IMG/VR virus record: IMGVR_UViG_3300038988_000082
Coordinates: 1 to 52,344 of that record
Direction: 5' to 3' (one strand)
Source: a virus
Lineage: Duplodnaviria > Caudoviricetes
Length of the DNA stretch: 52,344 bases
A program made the translations under genes and the position numbers. Each line of letters begins with the position of its first letter. Position 1 is the first letter of the stretch. The notes below the pieces were generated by a model. It did no database searches, was not told the origin of the DNA, and saw nothing but the letters and a program-made list of their open reading frames with translations. Positions 28,001-37,557 of this stretch are shown here, piece by piece.

Positions 28001-31000
28001 CTTGTTGTTTCCGCAGCATTGTTGGTCATGTCAAAAGCTCTTAAAGAACTTGGCGACATGGGTTGGGAATCAATTGCAAAGGGCTTAATAGCTCTTGGCG
28101 GAGCAATGGCTATATTAGTTATAGGCCTGAACAAGATGGAAGGAACCGCAAAAGGGGCTGCGGCACTATTATTAGCGGCTGCTGCTCTTGGAATATTGGT
28201 TCCTGTTATGAGTATTTTAGGCGCAATGAGTTGGGAAGCAATTGCAAAGGGTCTTGTTGTTCTCGCTGGCGCCTTTACTGTTATGGGCGTAGCTGGTAAG
28301 CTTTTAGAACCATTAATCCCTGCAATATTAGGACTTAGTGGAGCATTTTCTCTTCTAGGTGTTGGCGTTGCATTGATAGGTGCTGGTTTACTAGCTATAG
28401 GACTTGGCATATCAGCACTTGTTGCAGCATTAGGAGCTTTGGTTGCTATTGGAGCTGCTGGTGCGGTTACAATTGTAGGAGCCTTAGGAATTATAGTTAG
28501 GGGCATTGCCGACCTTATCCCTTATATTCTAAAAAGAATAGGGGAAGGAATTTTAGAGCTCTGCAAGGTTATTGCGGACGGTGCCCCAGCTATAGCAGAG
28601 GCATTTAAGGCAGTAGTAACAGCTCTTGTTGATGTATTGGTGGAATCTATTCCTATGCTTGTAGAAGGCGTATTGGTAATGATAACATCAGTATTAACAT
28701 CACTTGTTGAGCATACCCCCGAGATAGTTGATAAGGTATTTCAATTCCTTATTGGCGTTCTTGAAGGAATAGCCAGGAATTTACCAGGCTTAATCAAAGC
28801 TGCGGTAGATGTGCTCATGTCATTCTTAACGGGATTTATTGATGCTTTGAAATCTATTGATCCTAACATCTTGATAGATGGTATTGCAGCAATAGGATTT
28901 ATGGCCGCGTTGATGGTTGCCTTAGCAGCTTTAGCTCTCTTGGCTCCAGCGGCGATTGTAGGCGTTTTAGCATTTGGTGCCGTTATAGCAGAATTGGCAT
29001 TAGTGTTAGCTGCAGTAGGTGCATTGGCCCAGATACCTGGATTAACTTGGCTTATTAACGAGGGTGGAAAGCTGTTAGGTGCTATTGGTAATGCTATAGG
29101 TTCACTTATTGGTGGAATAATTGGCGGAGCAATGGCCCAAATTTCAGCACAATTTCCACAAATCGGATCTGATCTTTCGCAGTTTATGATCAATGTCCAG
29201 CCTTTCCTTGATGGGGCTAAAAGTATTAATCCGTCTATGTTGGATGGGGTTAACGCGTTAGTTGGAACCATTATGCTTTTAACCGGAGCAAACATGCTTA
29301 ACGGAATTTCAAAATGGTTTACCGGAGGAGCCTCATTTGTAGACTTTGGTAAGGAATTAGTTGAGTTTGGTAAGAGCATGAGTCAGTATTCGGATACTGT
29401 AAAGAATGTAAAACCGGATATCGTTTCTGCTTCTGCAAATGCTGCAAGAGCCATGTCCGAAGTCGCAAACAACCTTCCAAAGAAAGGTGGGGTTGTAAGT
29501 TGGTTTGAAGGTGAAAACAGTTTATCTGTCTTTGCTGAAGAACTTGCGGCTTTCGGTCCGGTTATATCCGCATATTCCGATAGCGTTAAAAACGTTAAGC
29601 CCGATGTGGTTTCCGCATCTGCAAATGCTGCAAAGGCTATGTCCGAAATGGCTGAGAATCTACCGAAACGCGGTGGAGTTATAAGCTGGTTTGAAGGCGA
29701 GAATAGCTTGACAGATTTTGCGACGGAATTAGCCGCTTTCGGTCCAGTCATATCTGCATATTCTGATAGTGTTAAGAATGTCAAACCCGACGTTGTGCAA
29801 GCCTCGGCAAGTGCAGCATTGGCTATTGCTGAAATGGCTGATAAGTTGCCTAATCAAGGTGGCGTAGTTAGCTGGTTTGCTGGCGATAATACATTATCGA
29901 TGTTTGCAGAAGAAATGGCTAAATTTGGACCGGCTATGCAAGCATATTCTGACTCAGTTGCAAATGTAAAACCGGAGACAGTTACTGCCTCGGCAACAGC
30001 CGCACAAGCATTGGCCGAATTAGCAAACAACCTTCCAAATCAAGGAGGCGTTGTTAGCTGGTTTACTGGCGATAACAAATTAAGTGCCTTCGGTGATAAC
30101 CTTGTTGTCTTTGGCGACAGTATGAAGAAGTTCGGCGAGGCTGTTTCTGGAATTGAAGGCTATAGCGAGTCTATTACAGCTTCTGTAACAGCAGCGACGG
30201 CCCTTGCAGAGATGCAGGCTTCTCTTGAAAACATTGGAGGGGTTGTTAGCTGGTTTGCAGGAGAAAAAGACCTCGCAAGTTTCGGAGCAAGTTTAGTGCC
30301 ATTTGGCCAGGGGCTTAAAGATTATAGCATAGCAGTTAGTGGTTTCTTGGCTAATGAGGATGCTGTAACCGCTTCTGTAGCAGCTGCTGTTGCATTGGGT
30401 AGCATGTACTCATCGCTACCAAATGTCAAGGGGGTTGCTCAATGGTTTGCTGGTGCTCCAGATTTGAGCGGATTCGCAACTTCTTTACCTGATTTCGGTA
30501 AAGGAATGAAGTCCTATAGTGAGAGCGTTAACGGTTTCTTAGCCAATGCTGACGCAGTTACCGCTTCAGTTGATGCTGCCGTGGCTTTAGGAGGAATGTA
30601 TTCAGTCCTTCCAAAAGTTGGAGGTATAGCTAAATTCTTTGCTGGTGAGGTTGATCTTACCGGCTTTGCAACTGCTCTTCCTGAATTTGGTAAGGGTATG
30701 AAGGCCTATAGTGAGAGCGTTAACGGTTTCTTAGCCAATGCCGATGCCGTAACGGCTTCTGTTACTGCGGCTACTGCTCTAGGCGGTATGTATTCCTCTT
30801 TGCCAAATATTAAAGGTATAGCCCAGTGGTTTGCAGGTGCCCCAGACCTTACAGGGTTTGCAAGTGGGTTACCCACATTGGGCGAAAGCTTAAAGACCTA
30901 TAGTGAAAAGGTCGAGGGTATGTCCGATAACACGGCTTCCATTACGGCTTCCATCAATGCTGCAAAAGCAATTGCAGAAATGCAAGGTTCCCTTGAGCAG

Positions 31001-32380
31001 GTTGGCGGCGTCGTTGATTGGTTTACAGGACGGACGGACCTTGCAGATTTCGGTTCTAAACTTGCTTCTTTCGGAGAAAGTTTAGGTAGTTATTCCAATT
31101 TTATTAAGGATGTTGTACCGGAAAAGATCACCAGTGTATCTAGTTCTGCTACATCTCTTGCAGATATTGAGACTGCTGTTAAAGCAGCTGGTGATGGCGG
31201 TGCTATGAAGACGTTCGGAGTTAATCTGACCTGGTTCGGATCATATTTAAATAACTATTATAGTTGGATAAAAGATCTTGATACTGGGAAGATCTCTGCA
31301 GTCATTACTGAAACTAATAAACTCGTGGCGATGGTCAAGAGTATGCAAGGGTTGGAATCTATTGGCGCAGAGACCTTTGGTAAGGCTTTGAAAGCTATCG
31401 GCGAAGCAGGGGTTGATGGTTTTATTAAAGCATTTACCAATGCTAAATCTAAAGCTAATAAAGCTGGGTCCGACTTTATTGATTCATTTATCAATGGAGT
31501 AAACGGAAAACTTGGTACAGTTAACTCCACAATGAGCACGGTTGGTAAATCGACAATGACATATTTTGCGTCAGGCATTGCGGGTATGTGGACGACTGTA
31601 TCAAACACGTATCTAAACATTGTATCATCTTCTATTGCCGGAATGATTGGGAAGTATGCTGATTTCTACAATGCCGGTGTATATTTGATTGAGCGGTTTA
31701 AAGCCGGTGCTGATATTACAAAATCCGCTGTGGTGACAGCCTGTGTGGGCATTACCTCTGCAGCAGTTACGGGTATGAGAGGCGAGTATAACGACTTCTA
31801 TCAGGCCGGTAAGTATGCGGTTGACGGCTTTTGCGCCGCTATTACTAAATACACCTACCTTGCCGAGGCTCGGGCAAGAGCTATGGCTAGAGCTGCTGCT
31901 AATGCAGCAAAGAGGGAGCTCGATGAGCGTTCACCTTCTCGAGTTTTCTATGACATTGGTGACTTTGCTGGTGTAGCATTTGTTAACGCCTTAGCCTCAT
32001 ATGAAGACAAGTCTTATAAAGCCGGCGCCAATATGGCTAAATCGGCTAAATCTGGATTAAGCACCGCCATAGCAAATATTGTGGATATGGTCGACAACGG
32101 TATTGATACACAGCCGACTATAAGACCAGTCCTTGACTTGACAAATGTGGAAGCCGGTGCAAACCGCATTAGTTCTATATTTGGCCAGAGACAGGCGATC
32201 TCCATAAGCAATAGAATGAATAGCGCAATTGAAAACAAAGAACAAAGTGAAGGTGCAAATCCGAAGGGGGGAATTAACTTCACTCAGAACAACTATTCGC
32301 CAAAAGCCCTGTCGAGAATTGATATTTATCGGCAGACAAAGAATCAACTCTCGCAAGTGGAAAGGATGATAGAATCATGA
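25055..32380 (+). CDS. Tape measure protein (~2441 aa)
   Basis: Very long Ala/Gly/Leu-rich protein; N-terminal tape-measure domain, central hydrophobic region, periodic W/F repeats, C-terminal SPSRVF. Confidence 0.93.
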   Translation: MSNTIDQKVVEMKFDNKQFETNVQTSLSSIDKLKKSLDMKGVSKGLEGVSEASKKIDMTGLGNAVETVKARFSALEVMAVTALVNITNSAINAGKRMISSLTIDPIKTGLNEYETKLNSIQTILANTQKEGTNLATVTKALDELNTYSDKTIYNFQEMAQNIGTFTAAGVALDTSVDAIKGIANLAAISGSNAQQASTAMYQLSQALATGTVKLMDWNSVVNAGMGGQVFQDSLMETARVHGVAIDDIIKKNGSFRDSLQEGWLTSSILTETLSKFTGDLTADQLKSMGYTEEQIAGIIKLGQTASDAATKVKTFSQLINTLQEAAQSGWAQSWEIIIGNFEEAKVLFTDINNVIGGWIGASAQARNEVLQGWKDLGGRTAVIDAIRNMFEGLIAIIKPVKEAFSEIFPPMTAERLAALSEGLKQFTEKLKPTQKTVDNLKSAFKGLFAFLDIIRMAFVAIFDLIKPLFSGLGMLSGGVLGVSASFGDWMVKLRDAIKNGEIFGKVVEGIHNFVKAVGTAIKKFIDSIKEKFDFDGLKAFHTFLENMHERMAQIGGAATSMGELIVNTIAYIGEAMANSKFLVGLQKLWEGIKAIGSAIAKFLGDIFGGLFDKLGNGDFSGVFDLINSAALTTITVMIAKFIKGFKDVVETVGSIKDSVVGILNQVKDCFKAYQEQLKAGTLLKIATAIGILAASILVISLIDSEKLAGAIAALSVLFVELLTAMNFFSKIDKTSKGTLKATVAMTVMAVSILILATALKKIGELEFGQLMTGLVGVAGLAAIMVATAKLLSSEEKTILKGATQMVIFATAILILGEACKNLAELSWEELAKGVSGVLVLAGIMVATAKLVDGEEKAIIKGAANMVIFGAALAILAAVCKSLAELSWEELAKGMLGVLALAGTMVAVAKLVSGESQAMIKGATQMVIFAAALAILAAVCQDLAALSWEELLKGLAGVAGLMVILVAGLKTMPKDLTKMGVQLLVVSAALLVMSKALKELGDMGWESIAKGLIALGGAMAILVIGLNKMEGTAKGAAALLLAAAALGILVPVMSILGAMSWEAIAKGLVVLAGAFTVMGVAGKLLEPLIPAILGLSGAFSLLGVGVALIGAGLLAIGLGISALVAALGALVAIGAAGAVTIVGALGIIVRGIADLIPYILKRIGEGILELCKVIADGAPAIAEAFKAVVTALVDVLVESIPMLVEGVLVMITSVLTSLVEHTPEIVDKVFQFLIGVLEGIARNLPGLIKAAVDVLMSFLTGFIDALKSIDPNILIDGIAAIGFMAALMVALAALALLAPAAIVGVLAFGAVIAELALVLAAVGALAQIPGLTWLINEGGKLLGAIGNAIGSLIGGIIGGAMAQISAQFPQIGSDLSQFMINVQPFLDGAKSINPSMLDGVNALVGTIMLLTGANMLNGISKWFTGGASFVDFGKELVEFGKSMSQYSDTVKNVKPDIVSASANAARAMSEVANNLPKKGGVVSWFEGENSLSVFAEELAAFGPVISAYSDSVKNVKPDVVSASANAAKAMSEMAENLPKRGGVISWFEGENSLTDFATELAAFGPVISAYSDSVKNVKPDVVQASASAALAIAEMADKLPNQGGVVSWFAGDNTLSMFAEEMAKFGPAMQAYSDSVANVKPETVTASATAAQALAELANNLPNQGGVVSWFTGDNKLSAFGDNLVVFGDSMKKFGEAVSGIEGYSESITASVTAATALAEMQASLENIGGVVSWFAGEKDLASFGASLVPFGQGLKDYSIAVSGFLANEDAVTASVAAAVALGSMYSSLPNVKGVAQWFAGAPDLSGFATSLPDFGKGMKSYSESVNGFLANADAVTASVDAAVALGGMYSVLPKVGGIAKFFAGEVDLTGFATALPEFGKGMKAYSESVNGFLANADAVTASVTAATALGGMYSSLPNIKGIAQWFAGAPDLTGFASGLPTLGESLKTYSEKVEGMSDNTASITASINAAKAIAEMQGSLEQVGGVVDWFTGRTDLADFGSKLASFGESLGSYSNFIKDVVPEKITSVSSSATSLADIETAVKAAGDGGAMKTFGVNLTWFGSYLNNYYSWIKDLDTGKISAVITETNKLVAMVKSMQGLESIGAETFGKALKAIGEAGVDGFIKAFTNAKSKANKAGSDFIDSFINGVNGKLGTVNSTMSTVGKSTMTYFASGIAGMWTTVSNTYLNIVSSSIAGMIGKYADFYNAGVYLIERFKAGADITKSAVVTACVGITSAAVTGMRGEYNDFYQAGKYAVDGFCAAITKYTYLAEARARAMARAAANAAKRELDERSPSRVFYDIGDFAGVAFVNALASYEDKSYKAGANMAKSAKSGLSTAIANIVDMVDNGIDTQPTIRPVLDLTNVEAGANRISSIFGQRQAISISNRMNSAIENKEQSEGANPKGGINFTQNNYSPKALSRIDIYRQTKNQLSQVERMIES

Positions 32381-33312
32381 TTAAAACAGTTATGGTGGAA
32401 AACTATCTTGGCGATAAACTTGAGCTCGAATTAGCGTCGCCCGAGAAATCGGGCTTCGCTGTCGTAGCTATCAGCGGCTTGGGGCCGGGCGCAGCAACTG
32501 TTAATGTTTCAGAAATTCCTACGAATGATGGAGCACGATACAATTCTTCTCGGCGCCCAAGTCGTAATATTGTCTTAGGACTTATATTTCAATGGCAAGA
32601 GGGGCTAGTATCTGGTAAGAGACGAATTATTGGTACTATTGAAGACGCTAGAATCAAATCTTACAAGTATTTTCCCCTTAAAAAAAATGTTAAACTGACA
32701 ATAACGACTGATAATCGGAAAGCCGAGATAGAAGGATATGTTGAGTCTAATGACCCAACTATATTCAGCAAAGGAGAGGGGACTACAATTTCAATTATTT
32801 GTCCCGATCCAAACTTCTATTCTGTTGTTGATAATGGCGTACAGAGCACTATATTTAGTGCGCTTGAACCGGCATTTCAGTTTCCAATTGGGACTGAAGA
32901 TTACTTTGAAGTTGGAATCATATCTCCGAATCCTCAGAAATTGATTATTTATAATGGTGACGTTGAGTTCGGCATGAATATTATCATGACTGCTACTGGA
33001 ACAGCAAGTGGCGTTACCATTTACGATATGACTACTCTTGAGCGTATGGAGATTGACTCAGTTAAGCTCGAAGAGTTTACCGGAACGGGGATTATAGCTG
33101 GTGATAAAATTATCATATCTACCGTTAAAGGTAAAAAGGGTATGATCTTAGAACGCAGTGGAGAGACGTTCAATATTCTAAATTGTCTAACTGAAGAGTC
33201 GTCCTGGTTTACATTGAAGAAGGGGGATAATATATTTTCCTATACAGCGGATACAGGCAGCAACAATCTTCGATTTCAGATAGATAATAAAATTGTTTAT
33301 GAGGGGGTATAA
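32377..33312 (+). CDS. Distal tail protein (Dit)
   Basis: Follows TMP with ATGA overlap; CPDPNF, WFTLKKGDN. Confidence 0.78.
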   Translation: MIKTVMVENYLGDKLELELASPEKSGFAVVAISGLGPGAATVNVSEIPTNDGARYNSSRRPSRNIVLGLIFQWQEGLVSGKRRIIGTIEDARIKSYKYFPLKKNVKLTITTDNRKAEIEGYVESNDPTIFSKGEGTTISIICPDPNFYSVVDNGVQSTIFSALEPAFQFPIGTEDYFEVGIISPNPQKLIIYNGDVEFGMNIIMTATGTASGVTIYDMTTLERMEIDSVKLEEFTGTGIIAGDKIIISTVKGKKGMILERSGETFNILNCLTEESSWFTLKKGDNIFSYTADTGSNNLRFQIDNKIVYEGV

Positions 33313-33314
33313 TT

Positions 33315-34715
33315 ATGGACTTAAGAGTTCTTGATACCTCTTTTGAAGATCGTTTAGTTATGGATATTTACGAATCTGCAATTTGGGTTGACCGCTATGA
33401 TTTGTGTGGCGACTTTGAACTGCAGATTCCTATATCTGACTGGAGACCCGATTATATCATTCCAGATCATTATTTAGCCAACAAGAAGTCCGAACATCTT
33501 ATGATTATCGAGGGCATAAATATTAATTCTGATATTGAAGAAGGAACAAAAGTTATTGTCACTGGACAGTCCTTAGAGTCCATTCTCAAAAGAAGGATTA
33601 TCTGGAGTCAAACAACTCTTAGTGGAAATCTTCAACTTGGAATTAAGAAATTAATTGACGAAAATGCTATAAATCCTATGTATCCAGTAGTCAACCCAAA
33701 TCTTATTAGCTTGAGCCAAGAGTTTTGGGAGTCTGGAGAGTATGCATTAGCGATTGAGGTTCAGCCGTCAACAAGTTATGTGTTTAATACTAATTCGGAT
33801 TACCATTTCAGAATCAAGACATATGACGCTGCTGGTACCCCAGTTAGGGATCTTGGAGATATAGGAGCAAACTCTACGCAAGCGATGGGCGCTTCAGAAC
33901 ATTACGTCGGCGTGGCTATATTTGATCCGACTACCTCGACAATATATGAGCAAATTGCGTCAATTAAACCGTATATTGGGTTGGCTAATCCGCCGGCCCC
34001 TATACCATATCCCGAAAGAAAAATTCAAAACTTAGTTTTTGAAATGTCAACAGATCCGTTAATAACGGCATTGACTATTGAAGCACAATATACTGGCGAT
34101 AATCTATATGATGCAATTGTAAAGATTTGTCGGGCGAATAATATTGGCTTTAAGGTCACGTTGAATAGTTCTAACCAATTTGTGTTTAAACTTTATGCTG
34201 GAGCAGATCGGTCATATGCACAGACGACTAATCCATATGTTATATTTTCTCCAGACTTTGACAACTTACTCAATAGCAAGTATTTATATTCTAAAGCTCC
34301 GCTTAAGAATGTGACTCTTGTTGGCGGTGAGGGAGAAGGGTATGATAGGAGATTTACGACTGTTGGAGTAGCATCTGGATTGAATCGAAGAGAGATATTC
34401 ACCGATGCAAAAGATATTTCTTCTAATGTTGATGGCGTTACCCTTAGTGAAGCCGATTATTTGGCTCAACTTCAGCAAAGAGGAAAAGAGAAACTTGCTG
34501 AAAATGTCGAGGTTAAATACTTTGACGGAAGCATTGAATCTGATACCCAATTTCAGCTTGGAAGGGACTTCTTTCAAGGGGATATTGTTCAAGTAGCAGA
34601 CGATTATGGCAACCTTACAAAAGTACGGGTTGTAGAGGTTATAATGGCCGAAGATGAGTCTGGGGAATCAATATATCCTACTTGTCGGTCGGCTGAAGAA
34701 GTAGAGGAGGAATAA
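33315..34715 (+). CDS. Baseplate hub / Tal-like tail protein
   Basis: Follows Dit; GDFEL, VGGEGEG..R, RREIFTDA.D, DFFQGDIVQV. Confidence 0.75.
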   Translation: MDLRVLDTSFEDRLVMDIYESAIWVDRYDLCGDFELQIPISDWRPDYIIPDHYLANKKSEHLMIIEGININSDIEEGTKVIVTGQSLESILKRRIIWSQTTLSGNLQLGIKKLIDENAINPMYPVVNPNLISLSQEFWESGEYALAIEVQPSTSYVFNTNSDYHFRIKTYDAAGTPVRDLGDIGANSTQAMGASEHYVGVAIFDPTTSTIYEQIASIKPYIGLANPPAPIPYPERKIQNLVFEMSTDPLITALTIEAQYTGDNLYDAIVKICRANNIGFKVTLNSSNQFVFKLYAGADRSYAQTTNPYVIFSPDFDNLLNSKYLYSKAPLKNVTLVGGEGEGYDRRFTTVGVASGLNRREIFTDAKDISSNVDGVTLSEADYLAQLQQRGKEKLAENVEVKYFDGSIESDTQFQLGRDFFQGDIVQVADDYGNLTKVRVVEVIMAEDESGESIYPTCRSAEEVEEE

Positions 34716-34717
34716 TT

Positions 34718-35365
34718 ATGGCTGTAACAAGTGGGTTTTTTGACTCCTTTAATGGCGACAGACAGTATACTAATAATCAGTTAGCCGCCTTGTTTGACGG
34801 CGTGATTACGGATGGTGTATTTATCAATCTTGGCCAAGCATTACGGGTTACGGCCGGCTCTGGTAATACTATTTCGGTTGGAACTGGAAAAGCGTGGTTT
34901 AACTGGATATGGCTTATCAACGATTCAATACTGAATCTCGAATTAGATGCCGCGCACTTGGTGCTCAATCGGTATGACGCTATAATTGTTGAGGTTGATA
35001 AGACCGAAGCAGTTCGTAATGGTGTTATCAAATTTATTACCGGCACGCCTGCAAGTGAGCCGCAACTTCCTGTAATGGTCCATACAGAAGATATAAACCA
35101 GTATCCACTGGCTTATATTTATCGTGGGGCAGATACTGATGTTATTTTGCCGGCTAATATAACCGATAAGAGAGGAACGGCAGATTGCCCTTATGCAAGC
35201 GGAATTATGAACGTTTCTGGATCTATGGCATCTTTAGTAATAACAGAAGATATTGCCCCGAATACAATTAGAGTTGGGAATGTTATATATTATCCAAGTA
35301 CTGGCCCAACCCCTTCAACTGAGGGTGTTCCTGACGGGACTATGTTTGTAAAATATATACCGTAA
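34718..35365 (+). CDS. Upper baseplate / adaptor tail protein
   Basis: SGFFDS..GDR.Y, RYDAIIVEVD, YPLAYI, ITDKRG; C-terminal PDGTMFVKY. Confidence 0.7.
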   Translation: MAVTSGFFDSFNGDRQYTNNQLAALFDGVITDGVFINLGQALRVTAGSGNTISVGTGKAWFNWIWLINDSILNLELDAAHLVLNRYDAIIVEVDKTEAVRNGVIKFITGTPASEPQLPVMVHTEDINQYPLAYIYRGADTDVILPANITDKRGTADCPYASGIMNVSGSMASLVITEDIAPNTIRVGNVIYYPSTGPTPSTEGVPDGTMFVKYIP

Positions 35366-35378
35366 GGAGGTGATTTAA

Positions 35379-37193
35379 ATGGCTAAAATTACCGGATCGG
35401 CAACTGGTTCGAACGCCAGTAGAATTGCGGTATGGATCAATATTAACGAGACCCAGATCGATATTCCAAACAATCGTTCATATGTTGTTGCTGATGCCTA
35501 TACTCAAGTAAAGCCGGGCGAATCGTCTTCGACATACGATAATGATGCTCCATGGACTTTTAAAATCAATGGCAGTACCGTACAAACCGGAGAAGGTATA
35601 GATTACAGGAGTAGTAATCTAAATCATATTGGTCATTGGGCCGGTTGGATTACGCACGGTAGCGACGGTAAAGCAACCGTTACTACTAGTGTTAGTTTTT
35701 CAATAAGTTCCAGTTACGTTTCTGGTGGTAGTGCATCTGGATCATTAGTATTGACAGAACTTTGGTCTGCTATAACAGCACCAACGGGCGTTAATTTGAA
35801 CACAGTCACAGCTACTAGTATGAAACTCAGTTTTACTGCTGCTACTCCTGGCGTTAATAACCCCGTCGCACGATACGATGGTTATGTACAGTATAGTGAT
35901 AATGAAGGATCTACTTGGAGTAGTTATACTGGATGGGGCTTTGGTAGTATAAGCAGCGGTAAGGTAATTGATATTTCTTCACACCCTGGCGGAAGACTAT
36001 ATAAAGCCCATGTAACGAGCGTTGGAATAAAAGGCGATGCCCATGCTTCTTTGGATTCTGTAATGGTCAGAAAGCCATGGACTGTTCCAGGGGCACCAAC
36101 TAGTTTAAGCATGGCAATGCATTCAGCAGATCGCGCTATAAGATGCTCTTACGTCAAAGGAAGTGCCGGTTCAGACAACCCTATAACCGGGCACGAAGTA
36201 AGATATTCCGTTTCCGATAACGGAAGTACCTGGGATTCCGAAACAGTGGTTTCAGTCGGATCAAGTACTTTATACTACGATATTCCGTCATCAGTATTAG
36301 ATGATTATCCAACGGGAAAATATTTTAGATTTAGGGTCGGATCAAAATCTGAGCATGCTAGTACCGTATATTCAGGATACGTTACTATTCAGTATACTTC
36401 TCCTGGAACGCCTACAAATTTAGGGTTCAATCTCAATACTTTTGAGACTTCATTGAGATTATCCTGGTCTAAGGGTGCAAATGGAACAAATAATGCAATT
36501 ACAAGTCAAGATTTACAATATCGGACGTCTGATGATGGAGCTAATTGGTCTGCAGAGACCTCTGTAGCGCTTGGAGCAAATGATACGTACTATGATATTC
36601 CAGCCGCAACAATTGCAAGCTGGAGTCGTGGAAAATTTGTTCAATTCAGAGTTGGATCTGGTTCGGTGTATACAAGTACTGTATATTCAGGGTATTCTGG
36701 TACGGTTCGTAAGAACAGAATTCCAAATACTCCTACTGGGCAACCAACCACTGATAAGTTTGTCTATACACCTGGTGAGACAATTATTCTTTCATTTACG
36801 CCTCCTAATCCTAGAGATCCTGATACCGGGTTGACTGGTGATATCGTGGGCTATGAAGCTAAGATGCAAAGCCCAGACGGAGCAGATTATCAAAATGGAG
36901 CTATTGTTGGCACAAATGCTTCTGGGGCAGCAACTACAATCAATATACCGACAACTGGATGGTCTCCAGGTTTACGATGGAAGTTCCTTGTTCGTGGCTA
37001 TGACTCATACGGTGTACGGGGTAATTGGTCAGCAGCGTCAGAAATGGCAATGATGGGAATCCCGATGAAGGTTCCTATTGGAGGAGTACTAAAGACAGCA
37101 GCCGAGCACAAGGTGTTAATTGGTGGGACACTAAAACAGGTCTCCGATGTTAAAATATTGGTGAACGGCGTATTAAAAAATCTTACGGTTTAA
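35379..37193 (+). CDS. Receptor-binding/tail fibre protein with fibronectin-III-like repeats
   Basis: Ser/Thr/Gly-rich; repeated P..PT.L...W...Y..SD.G..W...Y.FRV units. Confidence 0.75.
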   Translation: MAKITGSATGSNASRIAVWININETQIDIPNNRSYVVADAYTQVKPGESSSTYDNDAPWTFKINGSTVQTGEGIDYRSSNLNHIGHWAGWITHGSDGKATVTTSVSFSISSSYVSGGSASGSLVLTELWSAITAPTGVNLNTVTATSMKLSFTAATPGVNNPVARYDGYVQYSDNEGSTWSSYTGWGFGSISSGKVIDISSHPGGRLYKAHVTSVGIKGDAHASLDSVMVRKPWTVPGAPTSLSMAMHSADRAIRCSYVKGSAGSDNPITGHEVRYSVSDNGSTWDSETVVSVGSSTLYYDIPSSVLDDYPTGKYFRFRVGSKSEHASTVYSGYVTIQYTSPGTPTNLGFNLNTFETSLRLSWSKGANGTNNAITSQDLQYRTSDDGANWSAETSVALGANDTYYDIPAATIASWSRGKFVQFRVGSGSVYTSTVYSGYSGTVRKNRIPNTPTGQPTTDKFVYTPGETIILSFTPPNPRDPDTGLTGDIVGYEAKMQSPDGADYQNGAIVGTNASGAATTINIPTTGWSPGLRWKFLVRGYDSYGVRGNWSAASEMAMMGIPMKVPIGGVLKTAAEHKVLIGGTLKQVSDVKILVNGVLKNLTV

Positions 37194-37206
37194 GGAGATT
37201 ATATTT

Positions 37207-37557
37207 ATGGATCCTGTAGTGCAAATATTTGTAACAATTGCTGGGGCATTCCTGGCATCAACTGGATTTTGGGCATATATGATGAAGAGAATGGACAAAA
37301 AAGATCTCAAGACGGAAATGCTCATAGGATTAGGGCATGACCGAATTATCAGTTTATGCTCCTTTTATCTTGATCGTGGTGATTGGATAACCAGAGATGA
37401 GTATGAAAATCTCGAATATCTCTATAAACCGTATGAAAAGATGGGCGGAAACGGAACTACAAAACGATTTATGGATGAGGTAAAGTGCCGATTAAGAATC
37501 GTCGGCTCTATAATCCCTCAACCAAATATTCCTTGTAAAGGAGAGAATAAATTATGA
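37207..37557 (+). CDS. Holin
   Basis: N-terminal TM helix, LGHDRI, Y..MGGNG; directly upstream of endolysin. Confidence 0.7.
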   Translation: MDPVVQIFVTIAGAFLASTGFWAYMMKRMDKKDLKTEMLIGLGHDRIISLCSFYLDRGDWITRDEYENLEYLYKPYEKMGGNGTTKRFMDEVKCRLRIVGSIIPQPNIPCKGENKL

